Assembly (NCBI GenBank): GCA_963838925.1
Contig: CAWISW010000002.1
Span: forward strand, 352,001-416,000
DNA: 64,000 bases
From: an uncultured Nitrososphaerota archaeon
GTDB taxonomy: Archaea > Thermoproteota > Nitrososphaeria > Nitrososphaerales > Gagatemarchaeaceae
Reading direction: 5' to 3'
Below the pieces are notes generated by a model, which was not told where the DNA came from, did not search any database, and worked only from the letters and a program-made list of their open reading frames with translations. Within the stretch, counting starts at the first letter, position 1. Each line of letters starts with the position of its first letter. Below, in pieces: positions 36,029-45,712 of the stretch. Position numbers and translations under genes: made by a program.

Positions 36029-37957
36029 TCAGGCTGCCTTTCTGTCAACCCGCCTCCTGATTATCTTTCCACCACCCGCAGGGAGCATGCGCAGCACGTC
36101 ATCCACGCCGATGCTGACGCGCGCGTCGGCATACGGCGTCAACTCATGGAGAACTCGCTTTGCCGTGTCGGACGGCTTCTCCCTGCTCGGAACAAGGGTG
36201 ACGTGCCCCTTGGCCACCTTGATGATCGCCTCCTCGGGCCCTGAGATTATTCGTCCACCATCATCGATTCCCACTGCGACCTCCACCGTGTTCCTACTGA
36301 CGAAGTTCTTTTTCCCATTTATCGCGAACGAGCCGTGGGCGAGGAACTCCCCGCTCGGCCCCGCCGTGCCCACCTGCTCCGGGTTCACCCAGTAAGCGTC
36401 CGCCGCTCCCAGCCCGGTCTTCCACGCGCTGCTGAACGTCGCGGTCGCCTTCGCCACCTCCCTGACCTCCTCCTCCGTCTGCTCCTTCCCCCCCTTGAGC
36501 ACGAAGAACGGCGAGCCGAACAGGTCTGCGTGGTAGACCGTGTCGCCCTCCTGCAAGTGCCTCCGAATCAGGGTCGAGTTTGTCTGAGCGTCGCGCCCCC
36601 CGATGGCGAGCTTCCCCCCAGTCGTGAAGAACCACCTGAACTTCTCATACCACTCCTTCTTCGCCCTGGACAGGGGAATCGCCTTCACCCGGGCGGTCTC
36701 TTCCTTCCCGCTCTCCTTCTTGAGCTTGGGCTGGAGCTTCTTGATCGCGTCATCTATGTCCTGGATGTCGCGCTCAGTCCTCTTCGCCCGGTCGAAGATG
36801 GCCGAAGAGATGGACGCCTGCCCCTTCTCCGCTGATTTGTCGAGCGAGGATTGCAGGTCGCCGGGCAGGACCTTCGCGGCCTTCGCAATCTCCACGGCCT
36901 GCTCCGTGTCCGGAGCGGCCCTCACCAGCGGCGCCAGCTTCCTAAGCTCGGCGGAGAGCTTCGCGAGCCCGGTCTTCTTCTGCTCCAGGTCGGCGATGGT
37001 GGCCTGGAGCTCAAGGGCCCGTCGTTTGTGCGCCCCGCCTTTGGACTCCTCCTCTTCCGCGCGCGAGGCGCCCTCCTCCTCCGCCGTAAGCAGCCCTGAG
37101 AAGAGCAGCTTGTCGAGCAGCGGGCTCAGCGTGGGCGAGGCCTCGACGACCTGCCACCCCTTCGGATAGATGACCATGACCTCGACCGTCCCCTCGCCGG
37201 CACCCACCAGGCAAGGCCAAGGGTGGTTCTCGATGCCGTCCAGGATCTCCTTGACCGTCGCCATGATGTCGCCCACCTCCTTGTCGGGGATGTCCGTCGG
37301 GTCTTCCTGGACGTGGGAGAGGCGGGCCAGTATCTCGTCGACGTACCTCCTGGGGATGGATAGCCCCCTCCCGAGGGCTCGGCCGAGCGTGTTCTCCTTC
37401 GCCAGGGCCTTGGTCAGGTCCTCCCGCGTGACCGTGTCGAGCGAAGCCCGTGTCTGGGCGGGCGGGACGTAGGGAAGGCCCTTCGAGATCCTCCTCGACT
37501 CGCTCCGGACTTCGCGGAGGGCGAGGGTTATCTTGCCGTCAGGGCCGGTCAGCACGAGGTTGCCGGGAGGCATCAGCTCGAGGACGAGCTTGAAGCGGTC
37601 GTCCCCCTTCCCCTCGAACCCCAGCATGAGCACCCTGTCCAGGTCGAACTGCGTGACCGACTCGAGCTTGGCCCTGAGCAGGTGAGACCGCAGCGCCGTC
37701 GTGAACTCCGTCGTCTCCACACGGGCGGGCTTCTCGGTTATCCACGCGCCGAGCTTCGGGGAGAGAACAAGGGACACTTCGACAGACTCGCCGCCCTCGG
37801 CCCCTCCTGACTTTCTCATCCTGAGAAGCTGGCTCTCTCCAATCGAATAGATGTTCGAGACGTAGGTCCCCGCGAGCGCGGCGGAGATCTCCTTGGAGAG
37901 GACCCTGAACTCGAGCCCTGAAAGCGAACCCTTCGACTTGTCCGAGACCGACGACAT
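36029..37957 (-). CDS. rqc2: Rqc2/NEMF (NFACT) ribosome quality-control protein
   Basis: LRSHL, DRVL, ELMPPGN, WYEKFRWF, GGRDAQTN, HADLFGSP, GEFL.HGSF.I.G. Confidence 0.93.
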   Translation of the reverse strand: MSSVSDKSKGSLSGLEFRVLSKEISAALAGTYVSNIYSIGESQLLRMRKSGGAEGGESVEVSLVLSPKLGAWITEKPARVETTEFTTALRSHLLRAKLESVTQFDLDRVLMLGFEGKGDDRFKLVLELMPPGNLVLTGPDGKITLALREVRSESRRISKGLPYVPPAQTRASLDTVTREDLTKALAKENTLGRALGRGLSIPRRYVDEILARLSHVQEDPTDIPDKEVGDIMATVKEILDGIENHPWPCLVGAGEGTVEVMVIYPKGWQVVEASPTLSPLLDKLLFSGLLTAEEEGASRAEEEESKGGAHKRRALELQATIADLEQKKTGLAKLSAELRKLAPLVRAAPDTEQAVEIAKAAKVLPGDLQSSLDKSAEKGQASISSAIFDRAKRTERDIQDIDDAIKKLQPKLKKESGKEETARVKAIPLSRAKKEWYEKFRWFFTTGGKLAIGGRDAQTNSTLIRRHLQEGDTVYHADLFGSPFFVLKGGKEQTEEEVREVAKATATFSSAWKTGLGAADAYWVNPEQVGTAGPSGEFLAHGSFAINGKKNFVSRNTVEVAVGIDDGGRIISGPEEAIIKVAKGHVTLVPSREKPSDTAKRVLHELTPYADARVSIGVDDVLRMLPAGGGKIIRRRVDRKAA

Positions 37958-38059
37958 CTCCTCTCAACTCGCGCCTTGGTGGCCGACTTCGTGCAAGTTT
38001 TATTAACCTACTGCGGGCTCGGGTGAATTTGCTGACCTTTCAGACACAAGTGATTATCA

Positions 38060-38404
38060 TTGCCCTTTACTGACCTCGACAAGATCTTCTGGTTCAGGGC
38101 GGGTCTGGGGGTCGTCGGTGGGGTAGGGGCGGAGCTGCTCACAGGCTGCAAGGTAGTCATCCCGGCCGTCAAGGGTGGCGGGGCCTGCGTCGGGGGGCTT
38201 ACTCCTGACTATTCGACGGGCTTGCTCCTGGGCATGTTCCTCTTCCTTCTCTCCTACTACTTCCTCAAGGTGACCATAGGCAAGAGGTTCCCGAAGGACG
38301 AGCAGAGGAAGATCTACACCACAGGAGTGGGAGCGTTCGCGCTTCTCTTTGTCTTCTGCTGGATTCTGCTCTTCACTCTGGGCGTTTCTGACTTGAATCT
38401 TTAA
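38060..38404 (+). CDS. Three-TM protein resembling the Rab5ip/EMC6/OPTI family
   Basis: LDKIFWFR...G, and a C-terminal TTGVGAFALLFVFCWILLFT. Confidence 0.6.
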   Translation: MPFTDLDKIFWFRAGLGVVGGVGAELLTGCKVVIPAVKGGGACVGGLTPDYSTGLLLGMFLFLLSYYFLKVTIGKRFPKDEQRKIYTTGVGAFALLFVFCWILLFTLGVSDLNL

Positions 38405-38690
38405 CGCGTTTCGCCCACTTGCCGAGCGTCTGGAGATATCCCTTGTCCAGGTCGTCCATCATCTGTATCTTTGGCAGCCTCTCCACCGCGCGCAGAATCT
38501 TGTCGGCGTCCGCCATCTTGTCGGGCGTCCTGTTCTCCATCACGTTGACTATCCCGTTGAGCGCAAGTAAGGCTCCCCTGCCGTACTCCGATGAGACCTG
38601 GGGCGACATGTGCGTCAGCCTCTGCCTCGCGTCCTCTAGCTTGGTGTGAACGAGCGACTCGATAATCACATCGACCTCTTCTTTGATCAT
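38373..38690 (-). CDS. Hypothetical helical protein
   Basis: Coding-like ORF (EYGRGALLALNGI, DLDKGY) with a TATA-like TTTAAA upstream. Confidence 0.7.
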   Translation of the reverse strand: MIKEEVDVIIESLVHTKLEDARQRLTHMSPQVSSEYGRGALLALNGIVNVMENRTPDKMADADKILRAVERLPKIQMMDDLDKGYLQTLGKWAKRVKDSSQKRPE

Positions 38691-38790
38691 GCTGCTTGAA
38701 AGCATAAGACGCATACGCATCGCTAATGTTTGTTTAAATGCTTATGCCATGAGATTGGACCGATTTCCGGCCCTCGACGGGCCTGTCCGT

Positions 38791-39540
38791 CTACTCGAAA
38801 CCTTTCTCGGTGAGCCTGAATTTCACGGGTTGTGCGGCATTCCGGGGCGACTCGACGTTGGCGTAGACGAAACTGCCCTGCCTTCTGAGCCGGATCGACT
38901 TGCTGACGAACCTCCCGAGGGTGAGGCCGCCCAGGTTGATGTCCTGGGTGACGCCGTTCCGGGTCACGGAGGCCACCCTGTTCGTGAGCAAGACGACCCT
39001 GCGGTGAAAGTAGGCGTCCAGCGCGATGCGGTTGAGGTACACGCCAAGAGCCCCCTGCCGCCTCCCCACCCTCTCCCTGTCGGGGAACTCGAGGGAGAAG
39101 TTCTTCGTGACCGTGTCTATGACGACAAGCTTCGCCGAGCTGACACGTGGGTCGTCGGCCATCCGCTTCAGGACGTGGGACTGCGCCTCGACGTCGCGGG
39201 CCCGAACGGAGAACACGCCCTCCAGCGTCGCCTTCGGCTCGAGCCCCCTCGCCTCCGCCATCTGGACGACCCTCTCCGGCCGGAAGGTCGACTCCGTGTC
39301 CACGTAGACCGACTTCCACCCGTTGGCCGCCGCGATGACCGTGGCCTGCATGGCGAGCTGGGTCTTGCCAGAGTTGCTCGGCCCGAAGACCTCGGTTATC
39401 TTTCCCTCCTCGTACCCGCCGCCTATCAGCCCGTCCATCCCGTCGGATCCGGTGCTCAGCTTCCCTAGAGAACGGGCGGCACCAAGCGCCTGGGCGAACG
39501 TTAGCGACCTCAGCTCGTTGCTGGGCGTCGGATCGGGCAA
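38791..39540 (-). CDS. RadA paralogue lacking the N-terminal domain (RadB/aRadC-like)
   Basis: STGS..MD.LIGGG, FGPSNSGKTQL, YVDTESTFRPER. Confidence 0.88.
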   Translation of the reverse strand: MPDPTPSNELRSLTFAQALGAARSLGKLSTGSDGMDGLIGGGYEEGKITEVFGPSNSGKTQLAMQATVIAAANGWKSVYVDTESTFRPERVVQMAEARGLEPKATLEGVFSVRARDVEAQSHVLKRMADDPRVSSAKLVVIDTVTKNFSLEFPDRERVGRRQGALGVYLNRIALDAYFHRRVVLLTNRVASVTRNGVTQDINLGGLTLGRFVSKSIRLRRQGSFVYANVESPRNAAQPVKFRLTEKGFE

Positions 39541-39544
39541 GGGG

Positions 39545-39706
39545 TCAGGCCTCTTCTCTCTCGACCGCGCGGACCATTTCTGTTATCGTCTTCGCTTCTG
39601 GGTCCATCCGTGTTAGCTTCATCACGTCGCCCGCATCGACCGAGCACTCCCGAAGCATCTTGAGGTAGAACCACGTGCGCAGCCGAACGGCCTTCAAACC
39701 CGGCAC
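39545..39706 (-). CDS. Small hypothetical protein upstream of the RadA paralogue
   Basis: Short ORF ending 4 bp before the radB-like start; AT-rich box about 25 bp upstream of the GTG; start uncertain. Confidence 0.4.
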   Translation of the reverse strand: MPGLKAVRLRTWFYLKMLRECSVDAGDVMKLTRMDPEAKTITEMVRAVEREEA

Positions 39707-39780
39707 CTTTCGGAATCCGGCTCGTGAGTTACTAAGCATATCTGTATCCTCTTCGTAGAAGGACGAGGGCGCCAGGAACC

Positions 39781-40224
39781 TTGACGCTGAGAACAAAGAG
39801 CATCTACGAGCCGGCGCAGCCCAGGGATGGGCTGAGGGTGCTGATAACGCGATATTATCCGCGCGGCGTGAAGAAGGACCGTTTCGACCGGTGGGCAAAG
39901 GAGCTCTCGCCCAGCCGCGAGCTGCTTGCCGAGTACAGGGGCGGCCAGAAGGACTGGGACCAATTCAGAGCGTCGTTCATTGAAGAGCTGAGGGCGAGTC
40001 CAGAATCCCTCCAAGCCCTCCGGTCGCTCTTCTCCCTCAGCAACGACCACGACGTCACGCTCCTGTGCTACGAAAAGGAAGGGCAGCCCTGCCATCGGCT
40101 TGTCGTCCGAGACATCCTGGCCTCCCAAGAAAGCCTCTCCAAGTTTCTCGTAGCGGGTTCGCGCGGTCACAGGAGGGAATCGACGGGGCGTAGACCTTCT
40201 CCCAAAGGCGCAAAACATTCGTGA
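39781..40224 (+). CDS. DUF488 (YeaO-like) protein
   Basis: IYEP....DG.RVLI.R.YPRGVKK, W.KELSPS.EL, VTLLC. Confidence 0.88.
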   Translation: MTLRTKSIYEPAQPRDGLRVLITRYYPRGVKKDRFDRWAKELSPSRELLAEYRGGQKDWDQFRASFIEELRASPESLQALRSLFSLSNDHDVTLLCYEKEGQPCHRLVVRDILASQESLSKFLVAGSRGHRRESTGRRPSPKGAKHS

Positions 40225-40353
40225 AGCAGCGAAGTTATTCGCGCAGGAATTTTCCCGTTCTTCAAGGCGGGCCGGCTCATAATACGGATATCTTTTTATT
40301 AGCGACGAAAGGTCGGTCGAAACAGCTCCAAAGTGAACTCTTCTCCCCCACAG

Positions 40354-40584
40354 ATGCCGAAGAGGCCTCTTGCTGTCCTGCAGAAAGCGATAAACAAGAA
40401 AGCGACCATCCGCCTCAAGACCGACGTCGAATACAAGGGAAAGGTCTCAAACGTTGACGCGTTCATGAACGTGATACTCGTCGACGCGGAGGAGTTCGAG
40501 GGCGGAGTAAAGTCAGCGAACTACGGCAAGGTAATCGTGAGAGGCGACAACGTCCTCTACGTCAAGCTCGAAAGCAACCTCTGA
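40354..40584 (+). CDS. Sm-like archaeal protein (LSm/SmAP)
   Basis: KRPL, D.FMNVIL.DAEE, VIVRGDNV. Confidence 0.93.
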   Translation: MPKRPLAVLQKAINKKATIRLKTDVEYKGKVSNVDAFMNVILVDAEEFEGGVKSANYGKVIVRGDNVLYVKLESNL

Positions 40585-40624
40585 GGCTATTGGCTTGGCA
40601 GACGCAATCCTAGGTGGCTCATAG

Positions 40625-41833
40625 GTGAACAGGTCAATCCACTCAGAGCAGCTCCCCGACTGCGTCTCCGACCTTCAGGTCGAGATCGTAGAGAGGAAGG
40701 GCATCGGGCACCCCGACAGCATAATCGACGGCGCCTGCGAAGCGGTCTCGATCGCGCTATCAAAGTACTACCTGGACAACTTTGACGTCATCTTCCACCA
40801 CAACGTCGACAAGGGCCTCTTGGTCGGCGGCAAGTCGACCGCGGTGTGGGGAGGAGGGAAGGTCACCGACCCGATCTACATCTTGGTGGCGGGCAGGGCG
40901 ACGGACTCCGTCCCCGTCGGAAACAAGATGGAGAAGGTTCCCGTGGAAGAGATCGCAAAGGAGGCCGTCGCCAACTACATCCGCGGGACCATGCGCTTCC
41001 TCGACCCCAAGAAGCACACGAAGGTAGAGACGATGATCAGGGCAGGCTCACGCGACCTCGTCGCGGTCTTCATGAGGAAGCAGGTGATGCCGGTCGCCAA
41101 CGACACCTCGATAGGCGTGGGCTTCGCGCCGCTCTCCGAGACTGAGAGGGTCGTCTTCGAGATCGAGCAGCTGCTCAACTCTTCGAAGTTCAAGACGAAG
41201 TACCCGTCTGTGGGCGAGGACGTCAAGGTCATGGGAATGAGGGTGGGCAAGAAGCTCAACGTCACGGTCGCGGCCGCCATGGTCAGCGGGCAGCTCAAGA
41301 ACGCCGGCGAGTACTCCAGCGTGATAAAGGACGTCAGGGAGGAGGTCGACGACTTCGTCGCCAAGTCCCCCCTCGACGTCCACGTCAGGCTCAACCAGGG
41401 GGACGACCCCAAGAGAGGCTCCTACTACCTCACTGTCACCGGCACGTCGGCGGAGCAGGGCGACGACGGGAACACCGGGAGGGGCAACAGGGTCAACGGC
41501 CTCATCTCGCCCATGCGCCAGTACTCGATGGAGGCGACGGCGGGGAAGAACCCGGTCAACCACACGGGCAAGCTCTACAACGCCGTGGCCGTGCACGCCG
41601 CGGAGCAGATCGCAGACGAGGTCAAGGGGGTGAGGGAGTGCTACGTCAGGATACTCAGCAGGATAGGCAGCCCAATCGACCAGCCGCAGATAGCCAGCGC
41701 GGCGGTCATCCTCGAGAAGGGGACGAAGATGAGCAGCGTGAGGGCGGAGGTCGAAGGGATACTCGACGACCAGCTGCGGGACATCCGCAACATCACGAAC
41801 CTCATCCTAGAGAAGCGCGTCATTCTGTTCTGA
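40625..41833 (+). CDS. mat: Archaeal S-adenosylmethionine synthetase
   Basis: EIVERKGIGHPD, HHNVDK, ANDTS, GEDVKVMG, GRGNR.NGLI, GKNPVNH.GK.Y. Confidence 0.96.
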   Translation: MNRSIHSEQLPDCVSDLQVEIVERKGIGHPDSIIDGACEAVSIALSKYYLDNFDVIFHHNVDKGLLVGGKSTAVWGGGKVTDPIYILVAGRATDSVPVGNKMEKVPVEEIAKEAVANYIRGTMRFLDPKKHTKVETMIRAGSRDLVAVFMRKQVMPVANDTSIGVGFAPLSETERVVFEIEQLLNSSKFKTKYPSVGEDVKVMGMRVGKKLNVTVAAAMVSGQLKNAGEYSSVIKDVREEVDDFVAKSPLDVHVRLNQGDDPKRGSYYLTVTGTSAEQGDDGNTGRGNRVNGLISPMRQYSMEATAGKNPVNHTGKLYNAVAVHAAEQIADEVKGVRECYVRILSRIGSPIDQPQIASAAVILEKGTKMSSVRAEVEGILDDQLRDIRNITNLILEKRVILF

Positions 41834-42716
41834 CGGCGGGGAAGAGGCTCCCGCCTGTCACATAGTCGACCAGGGCGTCGATGTCGGCCGAAAGCCCATA
41901 GCTCCTCTCGAAGAACTTCTCGACCGCCCCCACGTCCCGCTTCATCAGCTCCTTCGCGTTGGGGTGGTCCCTTCCCACCCACTGGGGCCAGTCGATCAGC
42001 CAAACTGACGCGCCGTCCGTCAGGATGTTGTACTCGCTGAGGTCCCCGTTGATCATGCCCGCCTTCACGTAGGCGTCGCGCACCGTATCCATTATCTGCC
42101 TGAAGACCTTCCTCGCGTCGACAAGCTCCGGGCGGTTGGTCAGCCTCACGCCGGGCAGCTCCTTGAGGAGCACCGTGTGCCTGTTCGTGGCCACCGCGAC
42201 GGGGACGTTCTTGGTGAACTCCGAGAGCTTCTCGAGGGCGTTGAACTCCCTGCGAGCCGCCTGGTAGTTGACGTCGAGCCACGTGTTGAACTGGCGGGAG
42301 GACGCGTACCTCTTGCGGGTGACGTCGCGGAAGCTCGTCCTCCCCAGCCTGAACAGCTTGAGCGCGTAGAGCTCGCCTTTCTCGGAGAGCACCTCGTAGA
42401 CGTCCGACTCCTTCCCCTTCGCTATGAGCTTCCCGAGGGCGTTCGCGTAGTCCTTGTCGGCATAGAACTTCAGCGCGAGGAGGTCGACGGCAGGGATGTA
42501 GAGCTCGTAGGTCCTCCCCGACCCGATGAGCTTCCTCTTGTTCAGCTCGTTCAGGCCGAAGTTCACGCGGTCCATAGGCTGCCCCGACACCTTCGCTATC
42601 GACTCCGCAGAGGTCGTCGCCTTACCCAGCGTGCACTTCTCCAGCGCGCGGAGGGCCTGCCACTCCTCGGGCCTGAGCTGCATGATGAGAGAGGCCGCGA
42701 TGTCGGTTGCTGACGT
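41820..42716 (-). CDS. rio2: RIO2 serine/threonine kinase (probable ACG start; first ATG at 42683)
   Basis: wHTH N-terminus, GKESDVY, K.FRLGRTSF, GDLSEYNIL, IDWPQW. Confidence 0.92.
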   Translation of the reverse strand, partial: TSATDIAASLIMQLRPEEWQALRALEKCTLGKATTSAESIAKVSGQPMDRVNFGLNELNKRKLIGSGRTYELYIPAVDLLALKFYADKDYANALGKLIAKGKESDVYEVLSEKGELYALKLFRLGRTSFRDVTRKRYASSRQFNTWLDVNYQAARREFNALEKLSEFTKNVPVAVATNRHTVLLKELPGVRLTNRPELVDARKVFRQIMDTVRDAYVKAGMINGDLSEYNILTDGASVWLIDWPQWVGRDHPNAKELMKRDVGAVEKFFERSYGLSADIDALVDYVTGGSLFPAVRTE

Positions 42717-42829
42717 GGTCGGTTCGCCTGTTCGAGGTCACGCCGCGTCTGCGCTTCTTGAACCTTTCAAGGGGAACGCAGCCGCGGCTTTCGCAAGGCT
42801 GATATAACGACGCGAAGCCTCGGCAACCA

Positions 42830-43042
42830 ATGCCGCAGAAAAGGGGAGAGAAGGTGCTGAAGCCTGAAGCTAATCAGGTCATGCCTGACATCTACGAGAA
42901 GTGGTTGAACACCAGGGTCGAGGCTAGGACCGCGTCGCTGGGAGACCAGGAAGAGGACGACGTTGACAAGGCGGAGGACGTCCACGAGAAGGCCCACCTC
43001 CGCAAGAGAGGAAGGGGCACGGCAGCCAGCAGCTCCAAGTGA
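42830..43042 (+). CDS. Small hypothetical protein
   Basis: 70-aa ORF with a TATA box (GATATAAC) about 25 bp upstream. Confidence 0.55.
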   Translation: MPQKRGEKVLKPEANQVMPDIYEKWLNTRVEARTASLGDQEEDDVDKAEDVHEKAHLRKRGRGTAASSSK

Positions 43043-43044
43043 GC

Positions 43045-44112
43045 CTAACCCAGCCCTCTAGCAACCGCTTCAGAGTACGCCTTCCAGTAGCCGTCCTGTC
43101 CCGGCGTGTGAGGCTCTGCTTTCGAGCCTCCCGAGGCCACCCATAGGCCCTTCCGCTTCCCCTTCGGGCCGATCCGTCCGATCTCGTAGCTCGCTATCCC
43201 CTCCTCGCGGAGGGCCGCAACGGCGTCTTCGACGGCCCAGGGCCTGCAGGTGATTATCAAGGTCCCCTCGCTGAGCGTGGTGAGAGGGTCCAGCCCGAAC
43301 GACTCGCAAACGGCCGCCGTCTCGTCCGAGACGTTCACCTTGTCGCGGTCCACTATCACGGAAAGCCCGCACGCGCTTGAGAGCTCGAAGAGGCCGCCTA
43401 GCACCCCGCCCTCCGTCGCGTCGTGCATCGACGTGACACTCTCGCGCAGCCCTACCGATGCCGCAGTGAGCGCGTCCTTCACGGTCGAGCAGTCGCGGAG
43501 GCGAGCCTTTGCCCTCCTTAGCAGCGCGGCTCCGGCTTTCTCCCTTACCGTCTCGGGGAAGCAGTGCGAAAGGACGGCGGTCGCCCCTATCGCGGCGCCC
43601 TTCGTGATGACAACGGCGTCTCCTGGCTTCGCCATCGCAGGGGTCACGTACGAGGCTCTGTCCGCCACGCTGAACATGGTGCCCCCGCCGACCACCGTGT
43701 AGCCAGAACCGGGGTACCTGCCCGTGTGCCCGCCCGCTATCGCGATCCCGAGCGCTCTGCACTCGTCGCCGACGGCCTTGAGATACGCCTCCACCACAGG
43801 CAGCTCCATCGCAGGCGGGAGGTTCAGGTCCAGCATCGCGAACTGCGGGCCCACGCCGCTCGTCGCCAGGTCGGAGGCGATCAGGTGGACACTGAGCCAG
43901 GCCGACTCCCTCATCCCTATGGCGGGGATGACCGAGAGCGGGTCGCTGGTGACGATGAGCACCTTCTTCCCTCCTAGCGCGATGACCGCGTTGTCCAGCC
44001 CGTGCCCCGGCTTCACGATGAGCTCGCTCCGCTTCGCGCCAAGGTTGGAGAAGACCGCGCTCTCGAGGAACTCTCGCGGGACCTTCCCCTGCTGCGTCAT
44101 CTCGCCGCTCAA
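43045..44112 (-). CDS. AIR synthase-family (HypE/ThiL-like) protein
   Basis: GLDNAV, SDP, GGHTG, MHDATEGG..GGL.E, DPL...SEGTL. Confidence 0.88.
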   Translation of the reverse strand: MSGEMTQQGKVPREFLESAVFSNLGAKRSELIVKPGHGLDNAVIALGGKKVLIVTSDPLSVIPAIGMRESAWLSVHLIASDLATSGVGPQFAMLDLNLPPAMELPVVEAYLKAVGDECRALGIAIAGGHTGRYPGSGYTVVGGGTMFSVADRASYVTPAMAKPGDAVVITKGAAIGATAVLSHCFPETVREKAGAALLRRAKARLRDCSTVKDALTAASVGLRESVTSMHDATEGGVLGGLFELSSACGLSVIVDRDKVNVSDETAAVCESFGLDPLTTLSEGTLIITCRPWAVEDAVAALREEGIASYEIGRIGPKGKRKGLWVASGGSKAEPHTPGQDGYWKAYSEAVARGLG

Positions 44113-44711
44113 CTTCTGTAGCCGAGTCGCCTGAACGTCGGGCCTGCGCCCGCGATTATCGCGAAAGCGATCGGGATGAAGGCGAGGTCAGCGAAGGTCG
44201 CGAGGTCGGGGAGCGCCAAGACCAGCCCGGAATAGAGGTCGGTGGGGCTCCCGTACCCGAAGAGGCCGTAGGTGTAAAAGAGCCAGTCTGGCACTAGGAA
44301 CGCGAAGGTCTCGTAGACCGTCGCGACCACCATTGCGAACGCGAGCGTCCTCCTGCCCTTGTTGGCTGCCCACGCGATGATGAGCACCTCCGGAGCCCTC
44401 GCCCAGACCATCCCGAATGGGTAGATGGGGGAGCCGCCCGCCTTGGTCGTGATGTTGAAGAGCTCGCCCACGAACCCGCCGACGGCGGTCGCCGCGAAGG
44501 CGTCCCACTTGTCCGCCAGCGCCGCTAGCGCGAAGTAGATCGCCGGGGCGAGCGTGATCTCGAAGACCGGCGGCGGGAGGGGTATCGAGATGATCGTGCA
44601 GACGGCGATGAGGGCGGAGAAGACGGCGACCAGCGCCAGCCTCATGTTCGTCGTGGGCGTCGACTTGCCTGAAGTCGTCTCGTGGAACGCCGACTCCGCG
44701 TAGGTTCCCAT
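44109..44711 (-). CDS. ECF S-component, possibly for thiamine or a precursor
   Basis: AVFSALIAV.T, about 5 TM; coupled to the AIRS-like gene and divergent from the ThiR-like gene. Confidence 0.75.
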   Translation of the reverse strand: MGTYAESAFHETTSGKSTPTTNMRLALVAVFSALIAVCTIISIPLPPPVFEITLAPAIYFALAALADKWDAFAATAVGGFVGELFNITTKAGGSPIYPFGMVWARAPEVLIIAWAANKGRRTLAFAMVVATVYETFAFLVPDWLFYTYGLFGYGSPTDLYSGLVLALPDLATFADLAFIPIAFAIIAGAGPTFRRLGYRS

Positions 44712-44753
44712 TGGACTTGTTACGCCCTTTCTCAGGAATCTTATAAATCACCT

Positions 44754-44768
44754 CATAAGTGACTTATG
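44754..44768. promoter_or_regulatory. Perfect palindrome CATAAGT-G-ACTTATG, candidate ThiR operator
   Basis: Lies just downstream of TTATAAAT (44741) in the divergent ECF/ThiR promoter. Confidence 0.5.
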
Positions 44769-45712
44769 CCATGCATCCCCCCTGTGAGATAATGGTCGAC
44801 TCCTTCCTGCCCTCCATGCGAGCGCTGGTCGCCAAGAGGCTGAAGGAGGACGGGCTCTCCCAGGGCAAGATCGCGAGCCTCCTCGGGATGACGCAGGCCT
44901 CGGTGAGCTCCTACCTCTCCACCTCCTCGCAGAAGCCGACGAGCGCGCTCTCGAGCCTCGGGGTCACGTCAGAGGAGGCGGAGACCTACGCCGCGCTCCT
45001 CGCCGAGGACCTGAAGAACAACCCCACTTACGCCGTCGCCACCCTCTACTCGATTTGGAGCAGGCTCATCGGAGGCGGGGACGCTTGCGCGGTTCACAGG
45101 AGCGAGCATCCCTTCCTCGCGACATGCGACGTCTGCATGAAGGTGTTCGGCCCTGAGAGGGGGCACTCGGAGGGGGCGGTCGAGCACGTGGAGGGCGCCC
45201 TCCGGTCGATAGAGGGCTCTTCGCTCTTCGTGCGCGTCATGCCCGAGGTCTCAGTGAACGTGGCCTACGCCCCGGAAGGTGCCAAGTCAGCCGAGGACGT
45301 TGTCGCGATCCCGGGAAGGATCGTGAGGGTGAGGGGGCAGGCGCGCTCCTTCATGAGGCCCGAGTACGGGGCTTCCACCCACCTGGCCGCGATACTCCTG
45401 GAGGTGGAGCGAAAGCACCGCGCCCTCAGGGCCGCGATGAACCTCAGGTACGACGAGAGGATGGCTAAGGTCCTCGCCAAGCTCGGGGTCGAGACGCTCA
45501 CCATCGGGCGCTCCTATCCGTCGGGGGGCCAGGACAAGGTCCTCGGCGCGCTCCACGCCCGCCTCTCCGCACCAGCCGGCGCAGAAGAGTTCGAGGCGGT
45601 CGTCGACGTAGGAGGCGAGGGCGTCGAGCCAAGCCTCTACCTCTTCGCCGAGGACGCGACCAGGGTCGTGAAGAGGGCGATAGAGATAGCCAGGGCCTAC
45701 GCTTCAGGCTGA
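44759..45712 (+). CDS. thiR: ThiR-like regulator (HTH + ThiN domain)
   Basis: PPCE....FLP..RA, SQ..IA.LLG.TQASVS.Y, MPEV.VN, IPGRIV, YGAS.H.A, G.EP..Y. Confidence 0.85.
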   Translation: MTYAMHPPCEIMVDSFLPSMRALVAKRLKEDGLSQGKIASLLGMTQASVSSYLSTSSQKPTSALSSLGVTSEEAETYAALLAEDLKNNPTYAVATLYSIWSRLIGGGDACAVHRSEHPFLATCDVCMKVFGPERGHSEGAVEHVEGALRSIEGSSLFVRVMPEVSVNVAYAPEGAKSAEDVVAIPGRIVRVRGQARSFMRPEYGASTHLAAILLEVERKHRALRAAMNLRYDERMAKVLAKLGVETLTIGRSYPSGGQDKVLGALHARLSAPAGAEEFEAVVDVGGEGVEPSLYLFAEDATRVVKRAIEIARAYASG

